Assembly (NCBI GenBank): GCA_051362555.1
Contig: CM120644.1
Span: forward strand, 19,242,534 to 19,306,533
Direction: 5' to 3'
DNA: 64,000 nucleotides
Origin: Lingula anatina
Lineage: Eukaryota; Animalia; Brachiopoda
Shown piece by piece: positions 25,801 through 37,735 of the stretch. Made by a program: the position numbers and the translations under genes. Numbering within the stretch: the first letter of the stretch is position 1; every line of letters starts with the position of its first letter. Under the pieces are notes generated by a model that ran no database searches, had not been told where the DNA came from, and was given only the letters and a program-made list of their open reading frames with translations.

Positions 25801-27695
25801 TAGTTCCAATTCCAAATCTTCTTTTCACATAATTTCCCCCTTTTTTTGGTTTTTCATTCCTTTTCCAAACAACTACTGTCAGCCATTGTTACACTACTGT
25901 CTTACATTTTGCTGTGAGCCAGTCAGTCACTTGGATAAGGTGTAAGACTTATTGAGGCTTGATATGTCCTTTCTACTACTGAAATTGTGTTCACAATTCA
26001 ACTCTCAGAGCACCATAAGAATATCCATTTGGATTCTGTATGAACTTGTTGTTAACATTACCAATGCACCCAGTTTTTGTACTGAGCAATGCATAAAGTT
26101 GTATTAGGAACCTCCTGTTTAAAATCTTGAATGCAGTCATTCTGTTGGACAATGTTAACTGCTGGATACAGTGGACATATCTGATTGGTTGAAGTGATTT
26201 CTCTCCAATACTTCAGATGCCATAATTTAAAGATGTTATCTGCACAACCCACTGCATATAATTATCTGTTATTACTTCACTGAGCATTGGTAAACATGTA
26301 CCATGACATTCCATCAAGCTACATCTAGTTCGTTAAAAGACAAGAAGTGATTTTATCAGTTAGTTTGTATTTGTCACACATGCCAGGCTGGTTCTGTACA
26401 TGATGTGATAAGTCAATTCAATTAATTCAATTTGTGAAACCCTTCAGCAGCCAGCAGTTTTAAAAGGGGGATTCTTTTTCTGAAAAAAAAAATGGACCTT
26501 TTACCATCCAATCTTCGTGTTCTTAGATTAAATTTTGCTCTGAGGGAACATTTTCCCAGGAAAAAGGGAACCCTCCACACCCCCTGGCTACTGGGCCTGT
26601 TCAGGTGAAGAAATGTATAAAATTTAGTTCAGTTATAGGTATTAAAACTTTATTCATGAACTCCACCAAGGCATGTTACTTTCAAAAAGGAGCAAGAATG
26701 GACTTTTTTAATGTGTGTGCATGTGCAATTTTTTTTACTATTTGTGACTGCATTTTTGCCAGCTTTTCTGTTTCAAACATAATTTACCTGTATCTCTCTC
26801 AGCTTATGATCTTGTTAAGTTTTGACTTACAGGTGAGTGCACCAATAGGTCATGGAAACACTAGTTGAAAATAGCTGTAATATCAGTGAGCCATCACACC
26901 ATTAAGACAGAGATGAAAACACACCTACAAGGTACCCCAGATATGTACATGTACATCCTGTTGTTTAGTTTTCTTAGTGATGTAGTCATTGAATTTGCTA
27001 CGTACTGGTATGTGTCTAAAAGTTCAGGTACTAATGGCTATCTCTATCTCTCATTATATTAAATAATATTAAACAGCGTATGAAAACCAATCAAACAAAA
27101 AAAAATTAACAATAAAAAATTTTTACTTCTTTTATAGACGGACCTGTTGAGATGAAAGTTTCTGATTTTTTTCAAAGAATTTTACAACTCTTTGAGTTAT
27201 AATTCTTGCTGAGTTGCCATTGAATAAGTTTCTTTGAAATTATTTGTTTAATGTCTGTACATATTACAGGCATTGAATGTTTCTGTGTGTTTTGATCACT
27301 GTTTTCCATGCTATCTTTGTTCAACACATCTGTTACTTGAAAATTTTGTCTTGTTTGTCTAAAAATAGAAGTAGATTAATGTTCTTTTTTTCCCTGACCA
27401 TATCAGTCATTACGAATCCTTAAGTAAATTTTGCTTAGCGAATATTACTATTGTTAAATGAACTGTTGTGTCCAGTTGATAATCCCTAAAATATTGAAAG
27501 ACATAGAAGATTGTACTAATGATCAGAAAAGCAAAAGAGTAAAAAACATTTGTTTCTTTTACCTGTTGTTAAAGGGAACACTTTGATTGCTTTTAGAATT
27601 TTTAAAACTCTTTTGCTAATGTTGTTGAAATTTTGGTTACTGTTTGTGGTCTGTATATTTGCAAGTTTTGATGTTGAGTTGTTTTTTTCCTTCAG

Positions 27696-28058
27696 AATTT
27701 TGGCTCATTTCTTGTGGAAGTAGTAACCAAGGACCAGACATTGTCGGTGGTTGCTGAGACTCTAGACACCATCTTTGATGTGATTGCCAGGGGCGGATCC
27801 AGAGCTATTTTCTGACAGTCTTCCAATTTATCTTTATTGATCCATCCTCCATTTTTGACCGTCTTCCGACAGAAAAAATTAGATACCCGTCAACGTAAAC
27901 TTGAAAATCTGACCGTCTTCCGGAAGACCCAGAAAACGCCCTAAATCCGCCTCTGATTGCAGACGATCATCTGGATCTGTTGTCATGGAGATCAGGGTAA
28001 CAAACAAACTCCAGACCTTATGGTACCACAGCTGAGGTAAAACTACTCCCTGTGAGAT

Positions 28059-28089
<31 letters not shown>

Positions 28090-28397
28090 TTAAAACAGTT
28101 AAAGACATATCAGGGCAGTTGTAGTATCTGTGGACAATATGAAAAAGCATCATGTTTTCTTAATAAAATGATTCCTGCAGTTGGGTATTTAATATTTAAA
28201 TATTTTCTTTCACAGTGTAATGATAATCTTTTTACTTAGAAACATATTAATGAACTAAAGCCATGGATATCTTCTTAAGAAATACGTATTGTGAAAAAAT
28301 TCCAGATTATCAACAGAAGAGAAGCCTAGGAGACCACTTTACTATCAGCATGACAGCAAGGACAAATCTGATGTACTTCATCAAATGCAAATCTTGA
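27696..28397 (+). pseudogene. HEATR3: HEATR3 (Syo1)-like last two exons, disrupted
   Basis: Exon 27696-28036 without the MITE reads NFGSFLVEVVTKDQTLSVVAETLDTIFDVIADDHLD..VVMEIRVTNKLQTL, similar to the recalled HEATR3 C-terminus ([30 protein letters not shown]). Exon 28306-28397 reads QQKRSLGDHFTISMTARTNLMYFIKCKS*. Frameshifts are present and no upstream exons were seen. Confidence 0.78.
27788..27955. mobile_element. hAT-like MITE inserted in the HEATR3-like exon, 5-bp TSD
   Basis: ATTGC|CAGGGGCGGATCC...AAATCCGCCTCTG|ATTGC, in opposite orientation to the 18541 copy. Confidence 0.92.
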
Positions 28398-30303
28398 CCA
28401 GTAGATTAACTTGGACATGTTTTTCTTCTTCAAAATGGCTTAAAACTCAGCAGTAATGTGGATCAGAGAAATAATTAGAGTGTACCACTTTCAAGTTCCA
28501 TAGTTTTCTGATGTTAAGTCAGTTTTATATCAGGCAACATTGATATTTCGTATTAATATTTTATCATTCTTTTTTTCACAACTTTTATGATAGTCCCGTC
28601 GGAAGACTCATGTATTATCACAAGAGTCTGATGTAAAACTTGTCTTTGTTCTAAGTCTTTTCTTTCAAAATTAAATATCAAAATGTGTGGGGCTGTATTG
28701 TTTGTTTAAACTTTGACCCATTAACTGAGACAATCAAGTGATTAAATTTCTATTCTGGTTGCTCACAAACAATATGATTTTTTTTTTTTTTTTTTTTTTT
28801 TTGAGATATTGTGGTTTTTGTGAAGCTTTAGTTGTTATATTATTGTCTACACCACATTGAATTGGTTTGATTTGATTAAACTTTGTTTAACACTCACATA
28901 ATCTATAAATTACACTGTTTTAAATGGGTGTAGATGTTTATAAGAATATTTTTGGTGAAGCTGAAGATATAAAAGTCACAAAATTGTTGCTTGAAATGTG
29001 GATTATTGGTTTCATTTATATGGAATACATTGTATTATGTAGCAGTGTGATATTCTATAAATTACATTGTTTTAGTTTGGTGTGGATGTTTAAAAGAATT
29101 AGTTCCTTAATTTTATTTACCTATCCATGGGGGGGGGGGGGGGGAGGAGGATATATGGAACCTTTAATGATTCCAATGGCTTTTCATTGTCTTTTCTTGT
29201 TGAATTAAGATGATTTGCATATATTACTTTTTACAAGGCATTTGCTATAACACGTTAGTTTACTGCAACTTCAGTTTTACCAACAAATGCACATCATAGT
29301 TTTGCCATGTTCTATATATATCGTCTTAAAGTCATCATAGGTATTTGTAAGTAGCAGAAGCTCAAGATATGTAAATTAAAACTAACCTACATTTTGTCAC
29401 TTTTGATGAAATTTAATCAGAAACTTATTTGGAATAGAGAACATTGACACAAACTTGAAGAAAAGTTTACAAATATTAGGGTGGTATTATTGGGTAGAAT
29501 GTATTAAATTGATAAAAATATTAAAATGTAAATATAAACAATTGTTTTCCTTGTGAGATAAAACTGAAATAAAGCACTGGACATTAAAATATTCATGAAC
29601 TGGGCTTAAAAGTGGAATTCATATGCTGCAGAGAGTAAATTTATTTAAAAATTAACTGCATTTAAAAGTCTGAAGTCTACTATTGCTGCATAAAATTTAA
29701 AAAAAAAAGAACTTGCTGGATGGGTGGGATCCCCATAATTATTTTCCATTGTCTTTCATGATATATAAACAATATACATTACAAAGAAAATACATGTCAA
29801 ATGGATGAGATTCTTTGTGTATTTGGTACTAATTATTTGAATATTATTAAAACCTTAGCTTATCTGTTGTTATCAAAGATGAACATACTTGAATATAAAA
29901 GTGAAAGTGTAGTTATCAGTAATTCAGCCCTTTGGTAGGGTATGTGAATGAATGTTTTTGTATATATCTGAGTATAGTTTATTTCTTAAGTTTAATAAAA
30001 GAAATTTTTAAAAAGAATTTAATTTCAAAATCGGAGATAAACTTGAATCCGAAATCAGATGTTGGTGTATTTTATTTATTGTACATAAAAGTCAAGTGCT
30101 GGCTTCTTACCCCACATTTCAAATGCTTTAAACAAGAATCATTATATTATGCTTTTAAAAACTTTCTAATTGAAAGATTCCCACTGGGTATTTTTGTTAC
30201 CCTTGAAAGCCACTAATTTATTTCCCTGAGATGCATGAAATGTCCATATTTTTTAGCATGATCTGTGAAGCACTTCATTCCTGTGACTCGTAAATGCAAC
30301 TTT

Positions 30304-32027
30304 TTATGTACAGACACAGATGTGTCTGTACATATTGCCATCACCTGCGTCTGTCGTCGCCGTCGCCGTCGCCGTCGCCGATCATGTCGCCGTGCACTTT
30401 CAGCGTTAACACCATAAGTGGAAGACAGTTTTATTTTTTGGCTTTATATTTACAGAGCTGACTAATATTCATAAAACGCAGGTCAAGTTCGAAAATCAGC
30501 ATGATCTGGCCATTATTGTAGAATTTATGCTGTTTTTCTCTTTTTAGCATATATGCAACACTGTTAACACATTTCAAGGAAAACCGATAGGCCTGTTGTC
30601 ATGAAACTCACAGGAGTAATCAATCTTACTAAAACGCAGACCAAGTTCGAAAATCGGCATGATCGGGCCACTATTTTAGTAGTTATGCTGTTTTTTCACT
30701 TTTCAGCATATATGCAACACTGTTAACACATTTCAAGGAAAACCGATAGACCTGTTGTCATGAAACTCACAGGAGTAATCAATCTTACTAAAACGCAGGT
30801 CAAGTTCGAAAATCAGCATAATCGGGCCATTATTTTATAAGTTATGCCATTTTTTCACATTTCCTCAGATTTAATTCTTAGGCATGTTAACAGTCTCATT
30901 ATTTAGTTAAGAAGATACGTAAAAGTGTTTGTTTGACATTTCCTGCATCTTTACAACATTGTTAGTTGATTTTGTAAAAATGATGGTATACTTTTTATTG
31001 TGTATTGTGTAATAAAGTTTCAAAAATGGAAATAAACTCATATCATTGCGGTTTGTCAGATTCAATCATTCATTATGTTCAGAATCTCAGAATGAAAGAA
31101 ATTGGACATTTAACACTGTTTTATTGATATTTTTCCCATCTCATAAATTTTTTTAGTTGATCATATAAATATTGCAGTAAACTCTTAATTTTGTTTTATG
31201 TTAAAAAATGGTTAAAAATGGGAAAAAAACATTTCAGAACAGTGCCGTCTTGTTTACATTTTGGCATTTTTAAGTTGTGACTTTGAAGTTCCATGGGCCT
31301 GAAGACCTTTGCTAGTCACATTTTCTGAATATCCATGATACTAATATTTCATTATTAAAATTTGATGGTCATTATGCTGTTAAACATTATGTAATATTGC
31401 ATCAAAATTTGAAAAAACCTATTTTGGGCACTGCTCCCATGATGACCATTTAAGAAAAACCATGTCACTTACTGTTCTCAAACAGTACAGTAAATATTTA
31501 TAGATGTGTCTGTACATATTGCCATCACCTGCATCTGTCATCGCCGTCATCGCCGTCGCCAGCGCCGTGCACTTTCATTGTAAACAAGATAAATGGAAGG
31601 CAGTTTTACCTTTTGGCTTTATATTTACAGAGCTGATGAATATTCATAAAACGCAGGTCAAGTTCGAAAATCAGCGTGATCAAACCATTATTTTAGAAGT
31701 TATGCTGTTTTTTCACATTTCCTCAGATTTAATTCTTAGGCATGTTAACAGTTTCATTATTTAATTAATAAGATACATAAAAGTGTTTGTTTGACATTTC
31801 CTGCATCTTTACATCATTGTTAGTTGATTTTGTAAAAATGATGGTAAACTTGTCATCGTGTATTGTGTAATAAAGTTTCAAAAATGGAAATAAACTCATA
31901 TCATTGCAGTTTGTCAGATTCAATCATTCACATAATGTACTTTTGCATCACAAATGACAGTAGCCTATTTTGTGCATAGTTATTTCCTGTTTTTTGTCTG
32001 TACATTTGACAGCTTTGCTGCCTTGTT
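30304..32027 (+). mobile_element. Second Helentron-type (HINE) copy with an internally duplicated 5' module
   Basis: Same termini as 21278-25179 (TTTATGTACAGACACAGATGTGTCTGTAC ... GTCTGTACATTTGACAGCTTTGCTGCCTTGTT). The 5' module restarts at ~31502. Confidence 0.88.
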
Positions 32028-32660
32028 ATTCTTTGCCCTTCATGAAACGAAGTATTATACCTGGCGATTCATGATTTTCATGATTTTCAACAGCATTGTC
32101 AGTGAGATATGCATTAAGTTTTGCATACTGTGATTTTTTAATTGACTTTATTTCCCGTCAACTGTGATCACCCCTCCCCAATGCTACCCTCAATTAAGAA
32201 AAGAAAGTAAAAACAAAATGCATTTAATTACACAAAATAAAATATTTTATTGTAAAATTAAGAGAATAACATTTGAAGTTTTTAACTGGCTGCTACAGAA
32301 GCAATAGTAGTTCTGCAATGATGACCCTAAAAAATGAGAAGATGAAAATATTAAAATATATTTCAGTTAAAATGTATTATCTTAAAATGTTGACAGTAAC
32401 TCTCCAACCAGCAGCTTCTGGCTGCTATCATATAATTATGTACATGTTTTACCAGCTGTTTGACATAGTGTACCTCTTAAAAACTGAAAGTTTACTTAGT
32501 TATGATGCCATCAAAACAAGGAAACAAACAAAAGAACTTCCTTGTGACTGTATAATGAATCTGTTCTTTTTTAAAATGCTGTCAAATTTCTAAATATTGG
32601 GAGTGATTAGATTTATTCAATAACAACAACAAAAATAACAACAACAATAATAATAACCAT

Positions 32661-32928
32661 TTATGTTCTTGATCTTCGTCTGAAGCAAGACGTGAAGAGA
32701 CTTAAAAATCTTCTCCACCTAGATGGGCGTCTGTCCTTGGAAGCTGAAATATATGACGCAATATTACCTAACTAATATGCAATAATATATAACCTTCAGT
32801 ATGTAGTCATTGCACCATATTATTTAATACATGCAACTGTACTGAAAATCTTTAACAATTATTAAAAAAAAATAAATTAGACAATTAAAACAGTACTTGT
32901 AAAAAGGCCATACACATCAATACGCAGT

Positions 32929-32959
<31 letters not shown>

Positions 32960-33554
32960 TTGCAAGTTGCATGCACAATCACATTCCATCAGTGTAATAA
33001 ATAAATCCTAATTCTATTGACCCTGATATCTTACCTCTCTCCTTCACATCCTCTGTCAGGGTTGTTGTGTCATTGATATTAACTGAAGAAAGACGGGAAA
33101 ACAAATTAAACATCCCATACATGTGCACAACAAGGATTTGATACATTACTTAACATATTCAAAGACACATTCAAAGATTTAGATCACTAAACAGTGAATT
33201 TAAACTGTTTGTGCATAAGAATCTCCACCCTAAAGTCCATCTGTGTGTGTTTACATTTTTTAAGTGTCTTAAATGAATTCCTGTTAAATTACCCTTACTG
33301 TCTTACCTTTTTCTTTGATGCCCTCAGCATCTGACACACTCTTTGTCTTTGATATCAGCTGAAGAAAAAATGATATCAAATAAAATTTTAACATTCTATA
33401 TCTGTGCATGTTCAAATAGGATTCAGCATTACAATTTGTTAAGAACATTCTAAGATTTAATTGTCTTTAAAAATTATCTTCTTAAGTATGCTAAAGACCA
33501 GACTTTGTTTGAGCAACATGATTGTGGTGTGTATAAATGCTGTATGTGTGTGTG

Positions 33555-33595
<41 letters not shown>

Positions 33596-36500
33596 ATAAG
33601 TATATTAAAAGTCAAATTATTTTACTGAGATTCCTGTCTTACCTATCTCCTCAATACTAAGGGTCTTAACAATTGTAACATTTTTCTTGGCTTTTGTATC
33701 ATCTGAAAATACAGAACAGAATTGAATTGAAATTTAAAGACAGCATTACGTGTGTTCAATATTTACACAGCAAAATCACTAATTTTTAAGAAGATAAAAT
33801 ATCTTCTTAAGTCTCTCAAAGGCCAGACTTTGCTTGTGCAACATGTGTACAAGTAGTGTGTGTGTGTGTGTGTGTGTGTGCGTGCGCAATTGGACATGCA
33901 CAATCACATTCCATCAGTGTAATAAATAAATCCCTTTTCTGTTAACCCTGCTGTCTTACCTCTCTCCTTCACGTCCTCTATCACGGTTGCTGTGTCTTTG
34001 ATATTGACTGAAGAAAGACAGGAAAACAAATTAAACATCCCATACATGTGCACAACAAGGATACAGTACATTATTTAACATAGTCAAGGACACATTCAAA
34101 CATTTTGATAAATGATCAGTGAATGTAACTCAGGATTTGTGCGTGAAATTCTCCACCCTAAATTCCACTTGTGTGTGTTAATGAATTCCTTTTAAATTGC
34201 CCTTACTGTCTTACCTTTTTCTTTGATGCCTTCAGCATCTGCGTTTTTGGTATCGACAGAAGAAAATATGACATTAAACATAAAAACTTAATATTCCATA
34301 TCTGTGCATATTCAAATACAATTCAGTATTACAATTTGTTGAAGACACATTAAAAGACTAAAAAAGACTAAAAAAATTAATATATTATCATATTATGCTT
34401 AAGACCAGAGTTTGCTTGAGCAACATGCTTACAGTGTGTTTGTTAGTGTATGTGTGTGTGGACATTAAAATTTATAATTATTCTACCAGCTGAGATTTCA
34501 GCCTTACCTAGCTTCTCAATACTTAGGGTCTTATTAATTGCTACATTGTTCTCTTCTTTGGTATCACCTGAAAGAACAGAATTGAATTTTAAGGAATGTG
34601 GTTCAATTTAAAAAATGTTAAAATTTTAAAAAATCAATTCAATTCTGTTCTTTTAATTTTCAATTGTGTTCAATACACTGCAACAGCATTAATTTTTCTG
34701 AAGACTGTAAGACTGTCAAAGGTCAGACATACTGTGCAACATACTGTTCATGTACATGTCTGTGTATGTGCATGTGCCAATGTATGTGTGTGTGTGCACA
34801 TGTGTATGTTTCATGTGTGTATTAAAGTCATAATTATTTTACTGAGATTCCAATCTTATCTATCTCTTTAGTTTTAGGATTCTTTACAATTCTTACTGTT
34901 GGTATCAGCTGAAACATGAGAATTGAATTGAAATCTAAGGAAACACAATACATGTATTTGTTCTTTCTAAACTTAACACATCAAATACATCATGGCATTG
35001 AGTAGAATACAGTAGAGCTGGTAATTATGTATGTTGGAGACAAAAGGGGGTGTGTTAGTCTGTTAATCTGATTGTATTCAGCAAGAGTTTCCATGGAGTT
35101 AGTGCATATTAGCTAGGTCTTCAAATTCATTGTGAACAGGCCCTGAGGGTCTAGACTTGCACCCTGAGAGTCAGTGTTGTAGCCATAAATAATTTTATTT
35201 CATGATTTCTTGCTAGTAGAATAAAAAATGCACCAAGTTGATTGCTATATCTGCTGAATTATTGCCTTGAATAGAGCAATACAATTATATTATGCAATTC
35301 ACTTACCACCGGTGTGGACTTCAGGCTCGTACATGTAGTTCAACTCTGGAATAAGATGTCACATTTATTTGTCATTCACAAATTATGATATAGTTTAAAA
35401 TATAGTCTAAAATGTATTTGACAGAATTAAAGGACCATTTCATCATTTCTATTCACAGGTTATATTTTATAGGATTATAAGATCAAGTAATCTGTTTTAC
35501 CAAGCATTTTACATGACAAAATTAAAACTTTAATTCACTTTTTATTTCCATTGGTTATATCAAATAGAATTAAAAGATCAAGCACCTTTTATTTCCATGT
35601 CCAGTTCTCCCCAAGTACAGGTCACTTCCATGCTGTCCTTGGTGGTCACCTGGAGGCACCTGTTCCTAAAGGGTTCAGGCTCCCATGTCCAGCCAGACCC
35701 AGGGTGGTAAGGCTGATTGAATGATGAATGAATAAATAAATATTTGATGATATCGTAATGTCTACAATGAAATACAAAATGTTAAAAAATATACGCAATA
35801 ACTGATAAATCAAATACACTAGAGAAATGAATGAAGGCATAAATAAATACTTCAGCATTTCATACTTTTAATTTACTTTTTCAATTAAAAAAAAAATCAT
35901 TTTCACCTTAGATAATTACTTTTGTAAAAAAAAAAAAAAAAAGGATGATACTTACATTTTGTGGCTTAATGAATTTCCATTCCATTTTAGAGCCCTTGGG
36001 CAGGAGAAACTCTGCCCTTAGAGACGGGACACCCATGCTGGTCGTCCTTGGCATATTAATGCCGCGCTGGGTGTCCAAGCCTCCAAGGGCAGTTCCCCTG
36101 CCCACCACTTTTGCTTTTAACAGGTTTTCTCTCAAAATTAGTCTGACATTGGCCTTGGCTGTTCAAAATAAAAAGTAAAATAGAAAGAAATCCTATCAAT
36201 ATATCTTTTTGATATTTTCACTACAAACATTCAAATTGACCACTTATTTAAAGTAAATAAAGAATGGGAAATCTTACTTTCATATTACAAAGAAATTAAT
36301 TAGTTGTTTTAGGCCCACTGTAATGAATTGCCAGCCCATTTATCGAAACACATACAGTCACCCACACACACACACACACACACACACAACTTACGAGCAC
36401 ACTGTTCTTTTTTGTTTATTTCAATCTCCATATCAGCTGTCATCTGCAATTTTAAAATATATTAAAATATTAAAATGCATTTATTAATATATTAAAATAT

Positions 36501-36778
36501 ATTAATAAATGAAATCTTAGTTAAACAAGATACAAATCATAGATTTCTGTATCTTCATTTGATAGTTTTTGTAAAAAAAAAACATTTGCACCATTACAAG
36601 AATGATTATCAAAACGTTGTGTGACAAGAAATTTGAAAGAATTTCATTAAGAATGTTAATAATCATTTAAAAATCATGAACAACCCTGTAAAAAGGCGCT
36701 ATGTGGGCTTACTTTATACTTGATACAGGGTTTCAGTTTGGAATAAAAAATAAAACTTACCAGTGACTGTGTAGACAT
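32661..36778 (-). CDS. Predicted 244-aa CBM20 (starch/glycogen-binding) domain protein with micro-exon repeats and basic amphipathic C-terminus
   Basis: Exons 36761-36778, 36395-36443, 35956-36158, 35586-35712, 35307-35345, 34508-34567, 33960-34007, 33643-33702, 33035-33082 and 32661-32743 are joined by canonical GT-AG introns in frame (735 nt). CBM20 motifs: VVGRGTALGG, LPKGSKMEWKFI, WTWEPEPFRNRCLQV, VTCTW. Confidence 0.82.
32920..34930 (-). repeat. Tandem duplication of exon-intron units (~0.9-kb period, three micro-exons per unit)
   Basis: Paralogous exons 33035/33960, 33307/34215 and 33643/34508/34860 have similar flanking introns, several containing (GT)n tracts. Confidence 0.85.
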
Positions 36779-36799
36779 TGTCTATTTGCTTTGTTTACA

Positions 36800-36900
36800 A
36801 AACAATAAAAAATTATTGTATAAAGAAATTTCATTGGACGGCTCCTGTATTGTTTCCATAACTTTCAACCAATCAGATTGACGCTTCGTTGAAGCTCATG
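36800..36900. promoter_or_regulatory. Putative promoter of the CBM20 gene, possibly bidirectional
   Basis: Oppositely oriented CCAAT motifs (ATTGG at 36833, CCAATCAG at 36869) lie 55-95 bp upstream of the predicted ATG. Confidence 0.4.
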
Positions 36901-37735
36901 ACTTTCAGTCTATTTTTGCTAAATACACAATATATAACACAATGCCTGAACCCTGGTAATTTCTGTTGCAGTGCCAGAACCCTCTCCCTCCTTCCACGAG
37001 TTTCTTAGACAGCAGGCGATGAACCTGTTCCAGATCCTGGCTGCAGTCCATTACAAATCCAAAGTCTCACCTCTTGCACAGCGCCATCTATACTAAACAA
37101 TGTTTATATGGCGGATCAGGCAAAGGGTGATGCCGAAAAGCCGAATTTTCATCAAATGTTCTGTACACTAAGTGTCATCTTCCACCAGGACACTTTTCTA
37201 AGATGGTTCCGTTATAGATTCTTTCGACAAACTTAATCCGTGAGTTCAGGATGAGACATCTGAAGTGAAGGACACATATGGTATCGACTGTGTCAGTTGT
37301 TCACTGTTCACATCACGATGCAATGTGCTTGTGAAGATTTTACAATATGTGCTACAGAATGTTGACGAGCAGATAAAAAGTGCTTTTGGAGAACTGACAA
37401 GATTGCACACCGTCATCTACTTCAAGTTCTTACCATTCCCTTTTCATCTGTAGTTTTGCATTGGCTTATGAAGGTAAGATAATTAAGTGGAGAACTGATG
37501 TTGTATCTGATTTATAAGTAGACCTTTTTCCTCCTCAGTCTTGACTTACAACACCGCGTTATTTTTGTAAGTTTTTTATATTTATATTCTTCACAGTTAA
37601 TATGCTGTACACATGTAGAAAACTTACTAAATTACTCTAATATTCTGGATCTTAAAGAAAAAGCCTCAGATCACTGACATTTTTTTGTCTTTTCCAGTCC
37701 ATCATCTGACTCCCCCTACACTGTACTACACTGAA

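Noticed and set aside
33035-34567. N-glycosylation sequons (NKT, NVT, NDT) in the micro-exons implying a secreted mucin-like stalk
   Set aside because: The predicted protein has no signal peptide or transmembrane segment, and such sequons are expected by chance in Asn/Thr-rich repeats.
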